Shown here: positions 25,605 through 40,600 of the stretch, in pieces
How the letters are laid out: the number at the start of each line of letters is the position of its first letter
Numbering within the stretch: position 1 is the first letter of the stretch
NCBI RefSeq assembly: GCF_002571385.2
Contig: NW_019218176.1
Coordinates: forward strand, 1-64,000
Direction of reading: 5' to 3'
Length of the DNA stretch: 64,000 nucleotides
From: Stylophora pistillata
Lineage: Eukaryota
Notes under the pieces: generated by a model
Seen by the model: the letters and a program-made list of their open reading frames with translations, nothing else
The model's database searches: none
What the model was told of the DNA's origin: nothing
Position numbers and translations under genes: made by a program

Positions 25605-28600
25605 CTAACGACGGTCGCTGGCCCATTTTCCCAATCGCTTTGCCACTGCGCTCCCTGTAGCTCGTACTGTTGGCTCGGCATCTTCATCTCCGAGATCTTC
25701 AACTTTGGAGTATTTGGTCGTGTCATAAGATCCCATGTCGAGCAGCTGCAGATATGTCTAAAGGGCAAAACAATAAGAGAGGGTCATTTATGAGCGTCAC
25801 AACGTTCTCTAACGTCAAGTCAAGCAGAAAATGAAACTGACTACTTCAAAGTACGTAAAGGATCCTCGATTTAAAGGCACAGAAGTAATGCGCTTTCTTA
25901 CATAGGTTGGTAGGTAGGCTAGATTGAGCAGAGAAGGTAAGTAGAGGGAAGGGCGGGAGGGATGGAGATTGATGGGTTTGTTGGCAAGACACCTCTTAGC
26001 GTGCTTTATGTTTGAGTATTAGTGTTTCAAAACATAAACAATATTGATGGGCTAAGACAAATAGGAAGAAACGTAACTACTGGCAGGAGCCTTCAAAATG
26101 AAAGCTCAAAGCACCAAAATTCCCGCAAGCAGCCCCAAGAGAAGTTAAATAAAACCAATACAATCCCAAATCACTCCAATTAATCTGGTGAAATCAGCTT
26201 TAAGAGAATAATGGTCTAAGAAGGGTTAAATAATCACTGAGCCCTACTTGAAGAACGTGTTCAATTCTCGCTACAAACCTCTTCACGAAGGTAGGTATCC
26301 ATTCTTCTGCGAAGGTTTTCAAAGGGAGGACGGAAGTCGGGGTTAAAATTCCAGCATCTTTTCATTATAGCATAACTGGAATTAAGGAATGAAGGTAAAT
26401 GCTGGACTGTATGTTATGAATCATGTGATAACTTACCACCGAGAAATCTTAAAGAAAGCCCTTGCCAAATAATGGTTAAAATGGTAAGAAATGTCTGGCT
26501 ATAACGACTGTAAAATTGATATTTTCAAAAATTTTTAAAGTGAAAAGAAAACTTTTAACAAAACAAACTGGTGGCCACTGTTAACTTTTTTCATTCAACA
26601 GAGTTCAGTAACGAGAGCAGAAATCAGATTAGACACAAGACAATGTTTTTCTTCGAAAGGGGGAATTTGGGGTTTTGAATGAAGCAAAGCGTTAGACAAC
26701 TTGAAAAGCAAGACTCACAGTTTATCATCAACATGATCGGGCTTTGGAAGTTTGTATCCATGAGTGACCTGTGCAACTACGTTGCCTTCTGACCATCCGT
26801 CATATGGAATTCCTCCTGTAAACGAATAAAAAATGTTTAAAAATATTGAGATTTAAATCAAAGAGAGATCCACTTCCAGTGCTTGATCAGAGCCTTCGAA
26901 AAATGGTGTTTACTAGCCTGATACTTAATGCAATTGATGACCACTTTTCTATGAAGTAATTTGTAAGAAATGAGAGTTCTTTGTCATTTTAAGTCTCACG
27001 CAAAATGCTACTCGTCTTGTGTGATAGTAAGAGCAAGGAAAGTTCCGAGACAACAGAGATTGAAACTTCGACAATCTGAGCATGAGTCATCATTGGAGTA
27101 AATTTTGGCAAGACAAATCTATCTGTTACAGCTCATCAAACTAACGTCGGTCAATAGAGTCTGACAGGCATTGACACTGACTAACGAGTTCCACATACGA
27201 TACTTACAACATTTCCAGACATGGACGGCCCGGATGTATAAATATTTGATATCGAACATAGTTTGACTTACCAAGGGTAACTATCTCATACAGAACGATT
27301 CCGTAAGACCACCTGAAAAATATTTAAAAAAACACTGCCCAGTGAGTGTTGGATATTAGCTTGGAAATATAAAAACCGAAGAGATAAGCTGCTCAGTGCA
27401 ATACTATACACCATACATACACGTCACTCAAGGTGGAAAGTCCAGCAAGATTTCCCAACAAAATCTCAGGTGGAGTCCATTTAATTGGCAAACAGCCCTG
27501 CAACGACGAGTTTGTGTTAAGAATTAGCGCTATGATACCGATTTGCTCCAAAGGTCATGCATACAAACAATTGTAAACACTACGATTTGTTTGGCACTAA
27601 GGTTGGTGGTGCACTCCTTCAGAGACTTTATAGTGTCAAAATTGATCAGTTGTCATAAATTTTGAACAGCAAAGTCAACAAACTCAGTTGTATTCTGTGG
27701 CACAGCAAAACGTGGGACCATCGTGGCAGTTAAGGCGAGGTTTAGAGTAGAGTTAGGGCCAGCCTTAGGAATCTGTTTGCAGGTGGGACAGTAAAAATAA
27801 AAGACAAAGAAGATGTTCTACCTTTTTGGCATTTCCATGACCATACTTGAAGTTTTGATATGCCATGCCAAAGTCGGTCACTTTGCACACATAGTTATTA
27901 TCAAGGAGGACGTTTCGAGCTGCCAGGTCTCGGTGGATTATCTGCCAAAAGACAAAGATCCAAAATGTAAACTGGCTAACAAATGCATGTCTCTTGTGAG
28001 ACTTACCATAACCAGAGGGAAGATCATGTAGATGTTTGCATGGTTTTACGACATAATTTAATTGACAGAAACAAATTACAATCATACAAAATCAACAACT
28101 TTATTACAATATTCGTTCGAGCGACTCCAATGGACCATACAGTAATTATCGTTGATAACTCACTTAAGCCCTCTTCAAACTATATCTTAGCTCACCACTA
28201 TCTCAGTCTCACAGTTTTCCTTAAGTTCCATGATATGGACAGTTTTGTACAGCAGCGCTCTCTTTCTTGGAATAGCGTTCAAACAGTTGGTCCCTCCCGA
28301 CAACAGCAAAAACTCCTACTACACGACTGAGTCCTTCTATGCATTTACAAAGTATTCTAGAAGATTTCAGAAGATTACCATGCACCTATTTTGACAGTAT
28401 TACAACATAACAAAGCCTAACAGAACGTCCTAGAAAGTTCCACAGAAAAATCACGCATGCAAGTCAGCATGAGTAGGAATCGTAAAAATTTCTGGATACT
28501 TATTCATAACAATGGGTTGTAAGAACCATTGTTCCTAAGGGTGTTCAATACAGACCGAGCAAATACCAAAAACACTGACATCAGGTGACCCACTGACAAC

Positions 28601-31600
28601 ACCAAAGAAACCCTTGGTCGAAGAAACATTCGGAATATCAAACCTGCTTCAAAAAAATGTCATACTTACTCCTCTTGATCCAAGGAATACCATACCAGCA
28701 GCAATTTGTTTGGCAAATAGCACAAGGTCATAGTTGTTCAAAGCTTGAGCTCTTCCTTCTCCAAGATAATACCGATCCTTAATTCCCCGGCATTTTCTCA
28801 TGTAGCCAAGCAAGTCACCGCATGGCAAGTATTCCATGATAAGGATTGGATGAACTTAAAATAATCCAAAAAAGGAAGAGATCAATCCAACAAAAGAAAA
28901 AAAAAAAACAGTCAAAGGTAAAAATATACTCAGTCACAATGTAATTACAATTGCCAAGAATAATGCCTTAAAGTGAATTTGTACCTTGTCTAGTGACGCA
29001 GCCAATGAACTTCACTATATTTGGCTGATTGCTTTCACCGAGAATTTTTCCCAACTCGATCTCTCTCATCAAACATTTCCTTCCTTCCTCCCCTGCAGTG
29101 GCTGCAATAAAAACGATATACTCTATAGCCAGGAAAAAAGACTTATTGACGAATTTTTTCGCGGAAAAACTTTGGGTAAGGATTTAGACCTCACATTTTA
29201 GGAGGTCTCTGAAGCTCAGTTTGTGGCGCTCACACCTGCGAAGATGGAACTGGTTAGCGATGGAATCCTTTCTTACAATTGAAGCACATGTTTGCCATCT
29301 TCAGATGTTTTATTTCTACTGAACATTTATTATTGTTTTCATTAAATATGACTTTGCATGAATCTCTCAGAGTGCCTTAGTTGACCCGTGATAAACAACC
29401 ATTGGAAGTGCCAAACAGGCCAGCCTTTGCTGTAAAGTATTTATCTACGTGATTTGAGGAGAGATAGTTGACTGGATCTTACGTGTGAAGCATTTAGCAG
29501 CAACTGTGCGATTTCCAGGCCTCCCATTTGGAGAACTAAGAAGAGCTCTCCACACTGCTCCAAATGACCCACGCCCAATGACCTCTTGAAGCAGAACACG
29601 GTTTACTTCAACCTCCCATTCGTCCACTTCTATATTCGACAGCTCCATCTCAACTGCCTGCCCTTGATTAGGACTAAATACCATGAAAATCAAAATGATA
29701 AATATGGTGCAATAAATATTATAAATCAGAGTATATGTGATCAAGAAAAAAGAAATGAAGGAAAAGGTTTGTTTTTAAACTACTTGACACATTTCTTCAA
29801 ATTATGAAATAAAAATTAATCTCAGGTTTGCAAAACAACCTTTTCTTGTGCAGAAAAACGAAGACTGTAGAACAACTCGTTCATGCAGACAAGTTAATAT
29901 CGAGAATCCGTCGACAGTTGCAAAAGTTCATTATTCATTATATTTTTCCAAACGGAAACTTTTAATGAACCTTTTTTGAAAACTACATGAAAAAGTTCTA
30001 TCGCGCTTTTCTTTATCGATCCCAAAAATCGAAAAGTTCGAAATACGCCTAGATAGAAAATGTAAATTTCTTGTTATGTTGTTACGTTTAAGTCGGAAAA
30101 GTGAGCCGTTGAAATAAAGTACTTCGCGTCTTTTTCGCAGAGGTAATACAACGTTGTTGAGGGCTTAAAATGAATTCAATTAACACCAAACTTCACCCAA
30201 AATAAGAAAAACTACTTCCATCCATTTCTGTTATGTAGTATTTTTCGTTCACATCGATATTGTTATTTTCTAAGTCCTCTAAGCAACACCCTCAAAGAGC
30301 GCATAAAATGAGAGCGAAAATGGGTGAAATTCAACCCGATAAAAGTGTATCTGGTACCTCATATTTTAATTTTTTTACTGCATATTAGTAAAAGTATTGT
30401 TATTATTCATTTCTTGGGTAAAATTTGATGCTCTAAATCGGAACGCTTCCCTTCGAAAATACCATAAATGCTTGTATCGTTGGCAAGCAAAATGATAAAT
30501 ATGGTGCAAACAAACGCCAATCTAATTGACCCTCTTTAATCGAAAAAGTTTGAAAATTAACGTTAATCTTGGACATGTTTGCCTTGTATTCAACTTAACA
30601 TAGATTAACATATTAAATCATACCTTCAGAGTTACGTGAGAGCTGAGAGAAAATTAAATTAGAGCCGAAAATGTACTTCATACGCTCTTAAAATGGAAAA
30701 GTTGTGATAATTTCTTAGTGGGTCTCTCGGATGACTCTTAAACATTTCGAAAGCAAGTTTTTTTAATTTGTCTGTTTGTTTATTTTTTTTTTCATATATA
30801 TCAATAACTCCAGCGAACACAGAGGACGACAGTAATATTACCATTAAAGTGCGCTGTCGCACTCTTTAATGTAGTAATAGGGAAGCGATATGCAGATAAC
30901 ATGCGTTATATTGCGTGACATTGATATTTTCTTACTTTAAAGGCCAAAAGTCGCAACATCTCGCCTTTCGGTGGATTCATCTATATCTACAGAGAGTTAG
31001 TTTGCAAAGCAACAGATGAAAAAAAAAACAAAAACAAAAAAAAACAAAGGATTTAGCATTAAGGAATCAAGAAATAAGTAGCTCACCGAGGTGGAGGTGC
31101 TGCTTTCATAATTGGCTTCTCTTGAATGTAGCCGTTTCATTATATCAACTGTGAAACTGATTGTGCTTTGACAAGTAATACGTAATTCACTTGCGGATTT
31201 TTATCTCGAGATGTTTTGTAAAACCTTTCAAACATCTTACGGAATAGTTTAGTTATCTGTAATTTTCTAAGCTACAAGCTGACCATAACCGCGACTAGAT
31301 TTAATTTTTGAGTTTAAACGTCTTGATATGAATAACTTAACTTGCTGTTTGTCTACACATTTAGCACCATATTTGACACGAACACTTCTGTCATTTTCGA
31401 AGGGAAGCAGTGCGATTCCGAGCAAGATGGCTGGATATTGGCCGAGTTTTTTTTCGCACTTTTATGGCCGAGACGAAGTCGAGGTCCATAAAAATGTGGA
31501 AAAAGACAATATACATTAACAATATACACTGACAGATTGGGTGGCTAATCAGAACACAGGATTCGCTTCATCTTGCCCACGGGCACTGCGAGCGATTCAA

Positions 31601-34600
31601 TAAAGCTTTTCATAGGCCATTGAATTTGACTTGTATTTTACCTCTGCGAAAAAGACGCGAACTATTTTATTTTAACGGGTTACTATTCAGACTTTAACGT
31701 GACAACTTAAAAAGAAATTTAGATTTCAAAAGAGATAAAAGGATCATCTGCTCGCACGCAAAATTTAGAAGTGGGATTGCATCGAGTTGTGGCGTACGAA
31801 GTTGCCGTTTACGGGGGAGGGGGTAGAAACGGCCATCTAGGCGTATTTTGAGCTTTTCGATTTTCGGAGAAAGAAGAGTGCGATAGTACTTTTTGAAAAA
31901 AAAAAGAAAAATTAATTACGAAATTTTGCAACTGTCGGCGGATTCTCAATATTTATGGCCAGTGGCTCTTAACATTTAAAATGGAATGGTTGGCATGACA
32001 TTAAGACCCCATCTTCAATTTTTTTTTTTGTCAAATACATTCCAATTTACAGAGTAAATAAAAAATTAACTTACAGAGGCATAGCAACAGCTGTAGTTTC
32101 AAATGTTAAATAAAGAAAGAGACAAAGAAGGAAAAAATTTTGCTTAACTTTTAACTCAATAAAAATGTTATGCACTTAGGTGGTGAAGAGAGTTTCAACA
32201 AAGTAGTAAAAAAAGGAACATAAAAAGTGTCACAACTAATAACAATGATAATGATGGTTAAAATATTGTTAATAACTAACAATAATTTATTATTAGTGAA
32301 ATCAGTGGTTTACTCAGAACTCTATGTGCCAAGAAGTTCAACGGTGCATGGTAGATGATAAATCAGAAACAGTAAAAACCTGCCAATAGTACCCAAAAGG
32401 TTTTTCTTCTGCAAACCGAGATGATATTAAATCTACCTAATAGCAAAATTGAAGAGAATTGGAATAGGGGTGAAGTAAAAGTAAGCATAAGCTAGTCCAA
32501 TTTTTGCTTCTGACAACTATTTAGTGGAAAAGGTACCTAAGACAAGATATGAAGAATGAGTCTTACCTGTCCTTCGACGTTTCCAAAAATACCAGCATAC
32601 GAGCAAAATAACAATGACAGCAGCCACTGATCCAACAATATAATACCACACCAGGGATGGACTCCTCACCCTCACAGCTATTGGAATACGTTAAACACAT
32701 GACCATTAGCCAGTCGAAGGTAGCACATGTGATCACGATAATGGAAAGGTTTTTACCCAGTATTACCCACCCTTCCATGGATTCTATCTTTTGCTAGAGT
32801 TTCCCTAGCACATTAGAAGTGGCTCCTATTTTATGGCAGAGATTCCCAGAAAGGTTAATCAAAACTACGTTGTAGAAGAAATAACCGAATAACCATAACG
32901 GGAAGTCTGTTTACAAGCAAAGTGGCCCAACAGGCCAGTGCTTAACTCCCGATCAAAAGTATTTCTACTCCCATCTTCTAGTCTATTGCAGGGTTACCCC
33001 CCAAAGTAGTAGAGAAATAACCTGCTAATTGGATGAAGAACAATATCCATTGCCCAATAGGAAACAAATAATCATGATGATATTGGAACGAATTATACCG
33101 GTATCAAAAAGAAGATTCTAGTGCATTTAAAAGGCCAGGGACTCAAATTTTCATGCGAGACACGTACTTACCACAAAAAAACAAAAAAAACAAAAAAAAC
33201 AAAAAAACAACAACAACAACAACAATGAAAACAAAAAAATAAAAATAAAAAGCAGCCAATAGCATGTTTAAAACAATACAAAACTTTCAGGTTACATTTA
33301 AATTGAAATATTAATTGCTGTTAAATAATAGATTGTTTCTAGGACACTACAATAATGCCAGCTTACTTATTGTCACAGTGGAGCGGGCCACATTTCCTAG
33401 TCTGTTACGAGCTTCACAGGAATATACACCACTGTCCTCCTCCACAACCTTTGCAATAACCAGGTAACTTTTTGTCTCATTCAGTCGCGTAAAGATGTCG
33501 GCTCTCTTCTTTATTTGGTCTCCATTTTTTTTCCAAGTGATATTTACTGTTGCTGCGTTGGCAATGCAAGTTAACCTCAGCTCATTACCTGAAGTGAGGG
33601 TTGGATATGGTTTTGGAATCAATTCCGCAGTTGGTTTTTCTGTGTTAAAAGGAGATATTGTATATGTATACGAATCTTGATTTCTTTATGGAAAAAAAGA
33701 ACTTACTCTCAATACCTTAATAAGGCAACTAGTATAAAAACGAAGTGATCCAAAAGCAACCCTCCAAACGGAATTTCCAAGATGCTTCTAAGTAACCCCA
33801 GACCTAGCCCTTTGTTTCTAATAATATTATCATGACATATTGCACCATTCAATATACAAAACGCTGCAGTGATAAAAATCTATCGGATGAAAATGACCAG
33901 AGTGACCATAACCTAATGTCAAATTCATCACATATAAAAAAGTAATCTCAAACAATTGGTTAATGGCGCATGTGCAACATTTATCCTTCCCACAATTCAT
34001 TACAGTATTTTTCCTAGATACATTACACCCAAGTTAGCATTTGAACTTGTTGACTCAAATTTTCTGGGAGAATTTCCAGGGGTATCAAGACTCTATCTCG
34101 ACATAATTATTATAAGAACCAGTCGTGACACACTGTCAGTTATTTTTGGTCAACCTTCAGACTAGCCAACATTAACAACATCAAAGAGGAAAGAATTGTA
34201 TACTATTATTGCTAAAGTGGATCCATCACCATCATTACCCTAATAGCTATTAAGTTACAGTTACTATTGTTACCATTATTACAATCCTCTTCATCACTAT
34301 CACTAGTATCATTATCATCATTATCATTATTATTATTATTGAGCCTACCAAAAACTTGAAGTGTTGCTGAAGAACTTATTGTATTTGCTTTGTTTTCTGC
34401 TGTGCACTCATATGTTCCTGCCATTTCCTTTTTTGTTCGCGGTGTTTCCAGGAATGATTCCACGAATAAGTCCCGCTCAAAATTCTTTTTATTAATACCT
34501 GATTGGAGTTTACCGCCTTTAAACGTCCACGTCACTTTTGGTGTTGGAACACCTGAAGCACGGCAAGTAAAGTTGACAGGGTCTTCATAAGTAACAGACT

Positions 34601-37600
34601 GATTTACTGGAGACAATAAAATCCTAGGAGACACTGAAAATAAAAGAAGACTACAATCTTCAACCAAGGTTCTTAAGAGACAACCAAATAACCACAAGTA
34701 ATTTAGCAGTAATTAGATGCAACAGTAAATTTGGAGCCTCTGCCTACACAAACTTCCTGAAGTAAAAGAATCATTTTCATACATTAGATGGGAGTAGGAC
34801 AGGAGGATATTATATTTCGAACGAGTGAGAGCTTCCCTCAGAAAGATAGTATTAGCATGAAAAGTGTAATCTAATATATTATTTACATAATACTGTAAAT
34901 ATCATGTAGTACCTAGTAGTGACATCATGGCGGCCGGATGCAATCTTACAATGCCTGTCACCACATGCGTGTTTCTATTACTCAAGACTTATGCAGAAGA
35001 CTCAATGACTCTCAAAGAGATTGATAACACTTTCAGGCTCTCCCCAGTAAAGAAGATAATTTCCGCAAGGCGAAATATCAGTCCAAATAACACTTCCAAT
35101 TATTATCGACTGGAATACAATCATCTTCCAGTTTTTTCAAATTACTAACCTGAAATTATCTATTGAGTCACCACGTCACAAGGGATTCATACGTATTATT
35201 AACCCTACAACAATTTCATCATTTAGGTCTAAATTGGAAGATACTGACTGGTCGCCAGTTCATACTGCTATTTCGGTTGATGAGCGTTATGACACATCCT
35301 CAAACCTTCTTACGTCTGCATATCGGAAGTCATTTCCTCTTAAGCCTGCAGGCCCTAAATCCCCACGCCCTTCAAAACCTTGGTTTTCTCGAGGTCTTTT
35401 TGCTTCTTGTAAATGGAAGAATGCTCTTTACAAACAATTTCGGTTAAATCCTACTACACTTAACAAGTTAAGATACAACAAATATCGTAACAAATACAAT
35501 TTTCTCATTACACTTGCTAGGAAAAAATATTTTCATGACAAACTTTTCTCTGTTAGCTCAGACTTGAGGAAGACATGGGCAGTTATTAAACAAGTAATCT
35601 CTAAAAAGAAGCCTGAGCTACATTTTAGTCATATGAAAGACAGCACTGGCACTTACTCAGATCCAACTCAAATAGCTAAACAGTTCAATAATTTTTTTGC
35701 TAATATTGGGCCTTCTCTGGCGAATAAGATATCATTCTCTCAGTCTTCCCACAGAGATTTCATGATTGGCCATTATATAAATTGTTTTTACATTACCCCA
35801 ACTTCTCCGACAGAGGTTGCCAATATAGTTTATTCTTTAAAAAATAGTACATGCAAGGGCTCTGATGGTCTCTGTATCTCCCCTATAAAAGAGACCATTG
35901 ATTTAATAGCTGTGCCTTTGTCTCATATTTGTAATCTGTCATTCTCCCATGGTCTCTTCCCCACACTGCTCAAGACAGCAAAAATACTTCCTATCTTCAA
36001 ATGTGATGACTCCTCTTTGCTTTCTAACTATAGGCCTATTTCCATTCTTCCCTGTCTCTCCAAGGTTTTTGAGAAACTCTTTTACATTAGACTGTTTGGT
36101 TTCCTTGATAAATTTAACATCCTTAACCGCTTTCAATATGGCTTCAGACCTCACTATTCTACTACAATGGCTATTCTTGAATTTGTTAACAATGTTTACG
36201 AAGGCTTTGAAAATAATGAATGCACTGTTGAAGTTTTCTTAGACCTTAAGAAGGCATTTGATGCAGTCAACCATCACATACTTAACGAGAAATTAAACTT
36301 TTATGGTATCCGTGGTACTCCTCTAGCCTGGCTCAATAGTTATTTGACTAAGAGGCAGCAATATGTTATGGTCAATGGCCATGTGTCTTCCAATAAAACA
36401 GTCAAGTGTGGGGTCCCTCAGGGTTCAGTTCTTGGCCCTCTCCTTTTCCTCTTATACATGAATGATATTTTCCACTCCCCTAGTTACCTCTCTTTCATTC
36501 TCTTTGCTGACGATACCAAAATTTTTTTTCGTCATAAAGACTTGGCTACTCTAGAAAACATTGTTAATCAAGAGCTTTCTCATGTCTTCTCCTGGTTTAA
36601 TGTAAACAAGCTTACTATTCACCCTGACAAGTCCAAATGCATTATCTTCCATCCACGGCGTAAAAAGATTGATCTCTCCAAAGTGAACATCTATATAAAT
36701 AACACTCCTGTAACCCGGGTGGAGAAATGTACATTTCTTGGAATTATCATTCATGAAAATCTCTTATGGAAACATCATATTATTACTGACTGTGATAAGG
36801 TCGCTAAGTTTATAGGAATTTTACGTATATCAAGACGATATCTACCCTCGCATACCCTAAAAATTTTATATAATTCTCTTTTCCCACCATACATTAATTA
36901 TTGTAATTTGATTTGGGGGTCTACATTTGCCTCCTACCTCGAACCACTTTATAAACTACAAAAGAAAGCCATTCGTATTATTACGTTTTCTCCTCCACTA
37001 ACACATACTAAACCTCTTTTTTCTAAGCTCAATATATTTTCGCTTCACTTACTCTACAAATGCCATATATCCTGTTTTGTTTTCTCATATTTCAATCGCC
37101 TTGTGCCTGCCACTCTTTCTTCGCTTTTACATTTCAATCGTGAGTTTCATGATTATTCAACTCGCTCTTGTTTTAACTTACACAAAATAATTCTCGCGTA
37201 GGTATCAATTTGCTATTTGTTCCCAAGCCCCAACTATTTGGAATGATATCCCGCTGACTTTCCGTAATAGCCTTACCATTAGTAACTTCAAAAAGAGGCT
37301 TAAATTGTACTTCTTGAACCTGAATTAAATTTTCAGCCATTAAAATTGAATATTATACTGAACCTCTGATATACCTGGACTATTGTTTATTACTTAGATT
37401 AATCTACTGCATTTTGTAAATTTGTGAACATTATACTGAACTTCTAGTATACCTCGATTATTGTTTATTACCTAGATTTGATTAGATTAGATTAGATTAG
37501 AATAACTTAGATCAGTCTACTGTTCTTTGTAAAATTAGTCTTTGTCTCTGACCATAAGCCATTTAAGCCTCTGGCTTTGGCCAATCTTAGGAATTTACTT

Positions 37601-40600
37601 GTATGACACAAACAATAATAAAGAATAAATGAATAAATACAACATGGCTGGCCATACCAAACAAGCAACTTCACGCAGTAGATGCACTGGAACTTACAAC
37701 ATATTCCTTCTCTTCGCTGGCGACACCGAAATCTATAACAACCCACTTGTCACCTGTAATATTCTACTATTGGTAGCAGGCGACATCGAACCTAACCCTG
37801 GTGAGAAATACATATGTTTTTCATGTCAAAGAACCACTGCAGTGACCCACCGCAAAATCTTATGCTCTTCCTGCAATAGCAGATTCCATACTAAATGTGG
37901 TCCATTGAAGAAATATTACAAACACCCCCAAAATGCTGCCGTTCACTGGACATGTAGCTTATGACATCTTAAGGCTTTGCCTTTCTGCTCAACACCAACT
38001 GAGGAGCTTGTTTCGCTGATTTCTAAAGGAGATCTAAATGTCTCATAACCCAACATAGTTGATCAATCTCCTATTGAATGGTTCAAGCCAAATATTATAG
38101 ATTATTATAAATCGAACTTAAAAACTGGTCACCTCAACGTGAACAGTATCTTTGGGAAAGCAGACGAAATTATTGACCAACTAAGAAAATGCAAGAAATG
38201 ATAATAGGTAAATCAAAGTACGATATCATTATGAACTTCTATTTGAAAACAGTGCTATTGAAACCAAAGACCAACTCAAGATCCTGGGAATAAAGTTGAA
38301 TAATAAACTATCTTTCCAGGAACACATAAAGGATATCCTTAAAGTGCTACTGCGACGTAAATTTTTGCATTCTATTTTCTCAATTTTCTGGTGTTAACAT
38401 CACATTTAGACCCAAAACTATAAGAATAAGCGTAAGTTTCTCAAATTTGACCACGTTAATCCTTAAAAACAGCGCCGCGAAGACATTAAAAATTCTTCCG
38501 CCATTGCTCGAATAACACACTGGAGAGCCTGCGAAAATAACTACAGCGGGTTTAGTTGTGACGTCATTGACTCACTTCGACAACGTCGCGAAGGCATGCC
38601 TTTACAAGAAATATGCAAAGAAAGCTGGGGAACAATTCTTTCGATTTTTATTCCTTCTTTCCTACGGAACCAGAAAACAACTCTCCTGGCATACCAAATT
38701 AGCCACGTTTGTTGAGTCGTTGACGTCACTTCCGTTCTCGACCCAGTTTCTTTGTCTTCGCACGGAGTTCTGTAGTTCGAAGAATAGCAGCCGTTTAGAT
38801 TGCGAATCTACAGGGAAAATAATATTACTTCTCGATGGAGTTTTGCCTTAAGATTTGGCAAATTTGTTACTTAGGGTAAGTACTTTCAACCTCCGAGGAG
38901 AAAAGAAAAGGTGCATTTTTGGTCGCAGAAGCACTTTAATAAAGTCTATGCAAAAATTGGGGCACTGAGACGCATAAAAAGCTTAGTACCAAAGAACACC
39001 ATGATAGCTCTGTGCAGAAGCTTTATTCTGCCTCATTTCAAATATTGCAATCCTCTTTTCATTGGTCTTTCAAAAACGTTAAGTAATAAACTAGAAAAGG
39101 CAAACCATTATGGTCTAAGAACAGTTTTAAACTTAAATAACTCAGTGTCCTGTGAATCTGCCCTTTAATCAATTGATATGAGATCATTATCAAATAGCCG
39201 CATAGAACGATCACTTGTCATATTTTTTAAATGTTTCAAGAAAAATGGCCCATATTACAGTAGTAATATTTTAAGCCCCACATTCTAACTTATAATTTAC
39301 GTAACAGAGGCCATAATGTTAAACAGAAATCTTGCAGTACTCAATTCATGCACAACTCCTTTTCACATATTATTTCTCGAATTTGGAATCAGTTACCTTC
39401 GCTGGCAAAGTCTGCTGAAAATGTGTCAATTTTTCGTAGATCAATTAGCAAGCTCGATTTTCCAGGTTGTCAATGTAACAATTGTTTAAATTGATATTTA
39501 TCATTTCCAACAATTATTTGTCACCACTATACAAATTGCATCAACTCATTGCATTATATATTATATTTAGTATCGAACAACTTTTTTTTTGATATTTTAT
39601 ACACATAACGCTTTTTATATTTTCGCTGTCAATCACTTTTGTCATGAGCCTCTGGCTCGGGAGATCTGGGCAACCACTCCCTGTGTAATTGACTTTAAAT
39701 AAATGATTACAGTAACTATTATTATTACTATTACTATGAAGTATGCAAATCAAGTCAAATTTAAAAGCAAATGAATAAACTTGGTTTGTACAAATCCTAT
39801 TTAAATGTCTAGCATAAAAAAAAAGCCTGTTCAAAAAGTTACATGTACTGACTGGCCAGACCACAGCACCGGTAGCTATGTTACCTACTTGTACATGCAC
39901 TCTTTGTGAGAAGTTCCTGAGTTCTTTAACGTCCCCTGTTAACCAGTACAGAGAAGATGAAGGAGACAGGGCATACAGTCTATTGGCCTCATCCGAGAAT
40001 ACTAAAATGTTTAACCATTCACCACCGTCATAGCATATCCAGCACATTCTCTTAGGTTACTTAAAGATCTTCAGTGGTGGTCCGGTCTAAGGTTGAACCT
40101 TCGACCTGACGCATAGTAGTTCAGGGCTCTACAACATGAGCTTATGGAGCATAATTTGTAAATATTAATAATTTTTTTTTCTTATTTACCAGTAGCTGCA
40201 ATCCAGAAGGAGGTGCTAGCTTTTCCAGCCAGATTTTCAGCGGCACATTCATAGAAACCCTCATCATCAAAAGTCACGTACTTAATAATTAACGTGTTGT
40301 TGTTGCCAAGAGCTTCTCCATTCTTGGTCCACTTGATAGATACTGGAGGATCGCCCCTTACAAAACAAGTTGTTGTAAATGTGGAGTTCAATGTAATTGA
40401 ACGATTCTTGAGTCCAGGATTTAAATGTGGTGGTACTAGAAAGCAAAATTTAAAAAAGCGACAATGAGATTATCTTCACAGGTACATTGGTACCTCGATC
40501 TTGGATGTAAACACTTTAAACAAATAACAGGTCAGCAACTTTTAAGAATTTCATTCTGCAGTTGCTATCGACATGTCCGTTACTTAGATGGCTCAAGACT

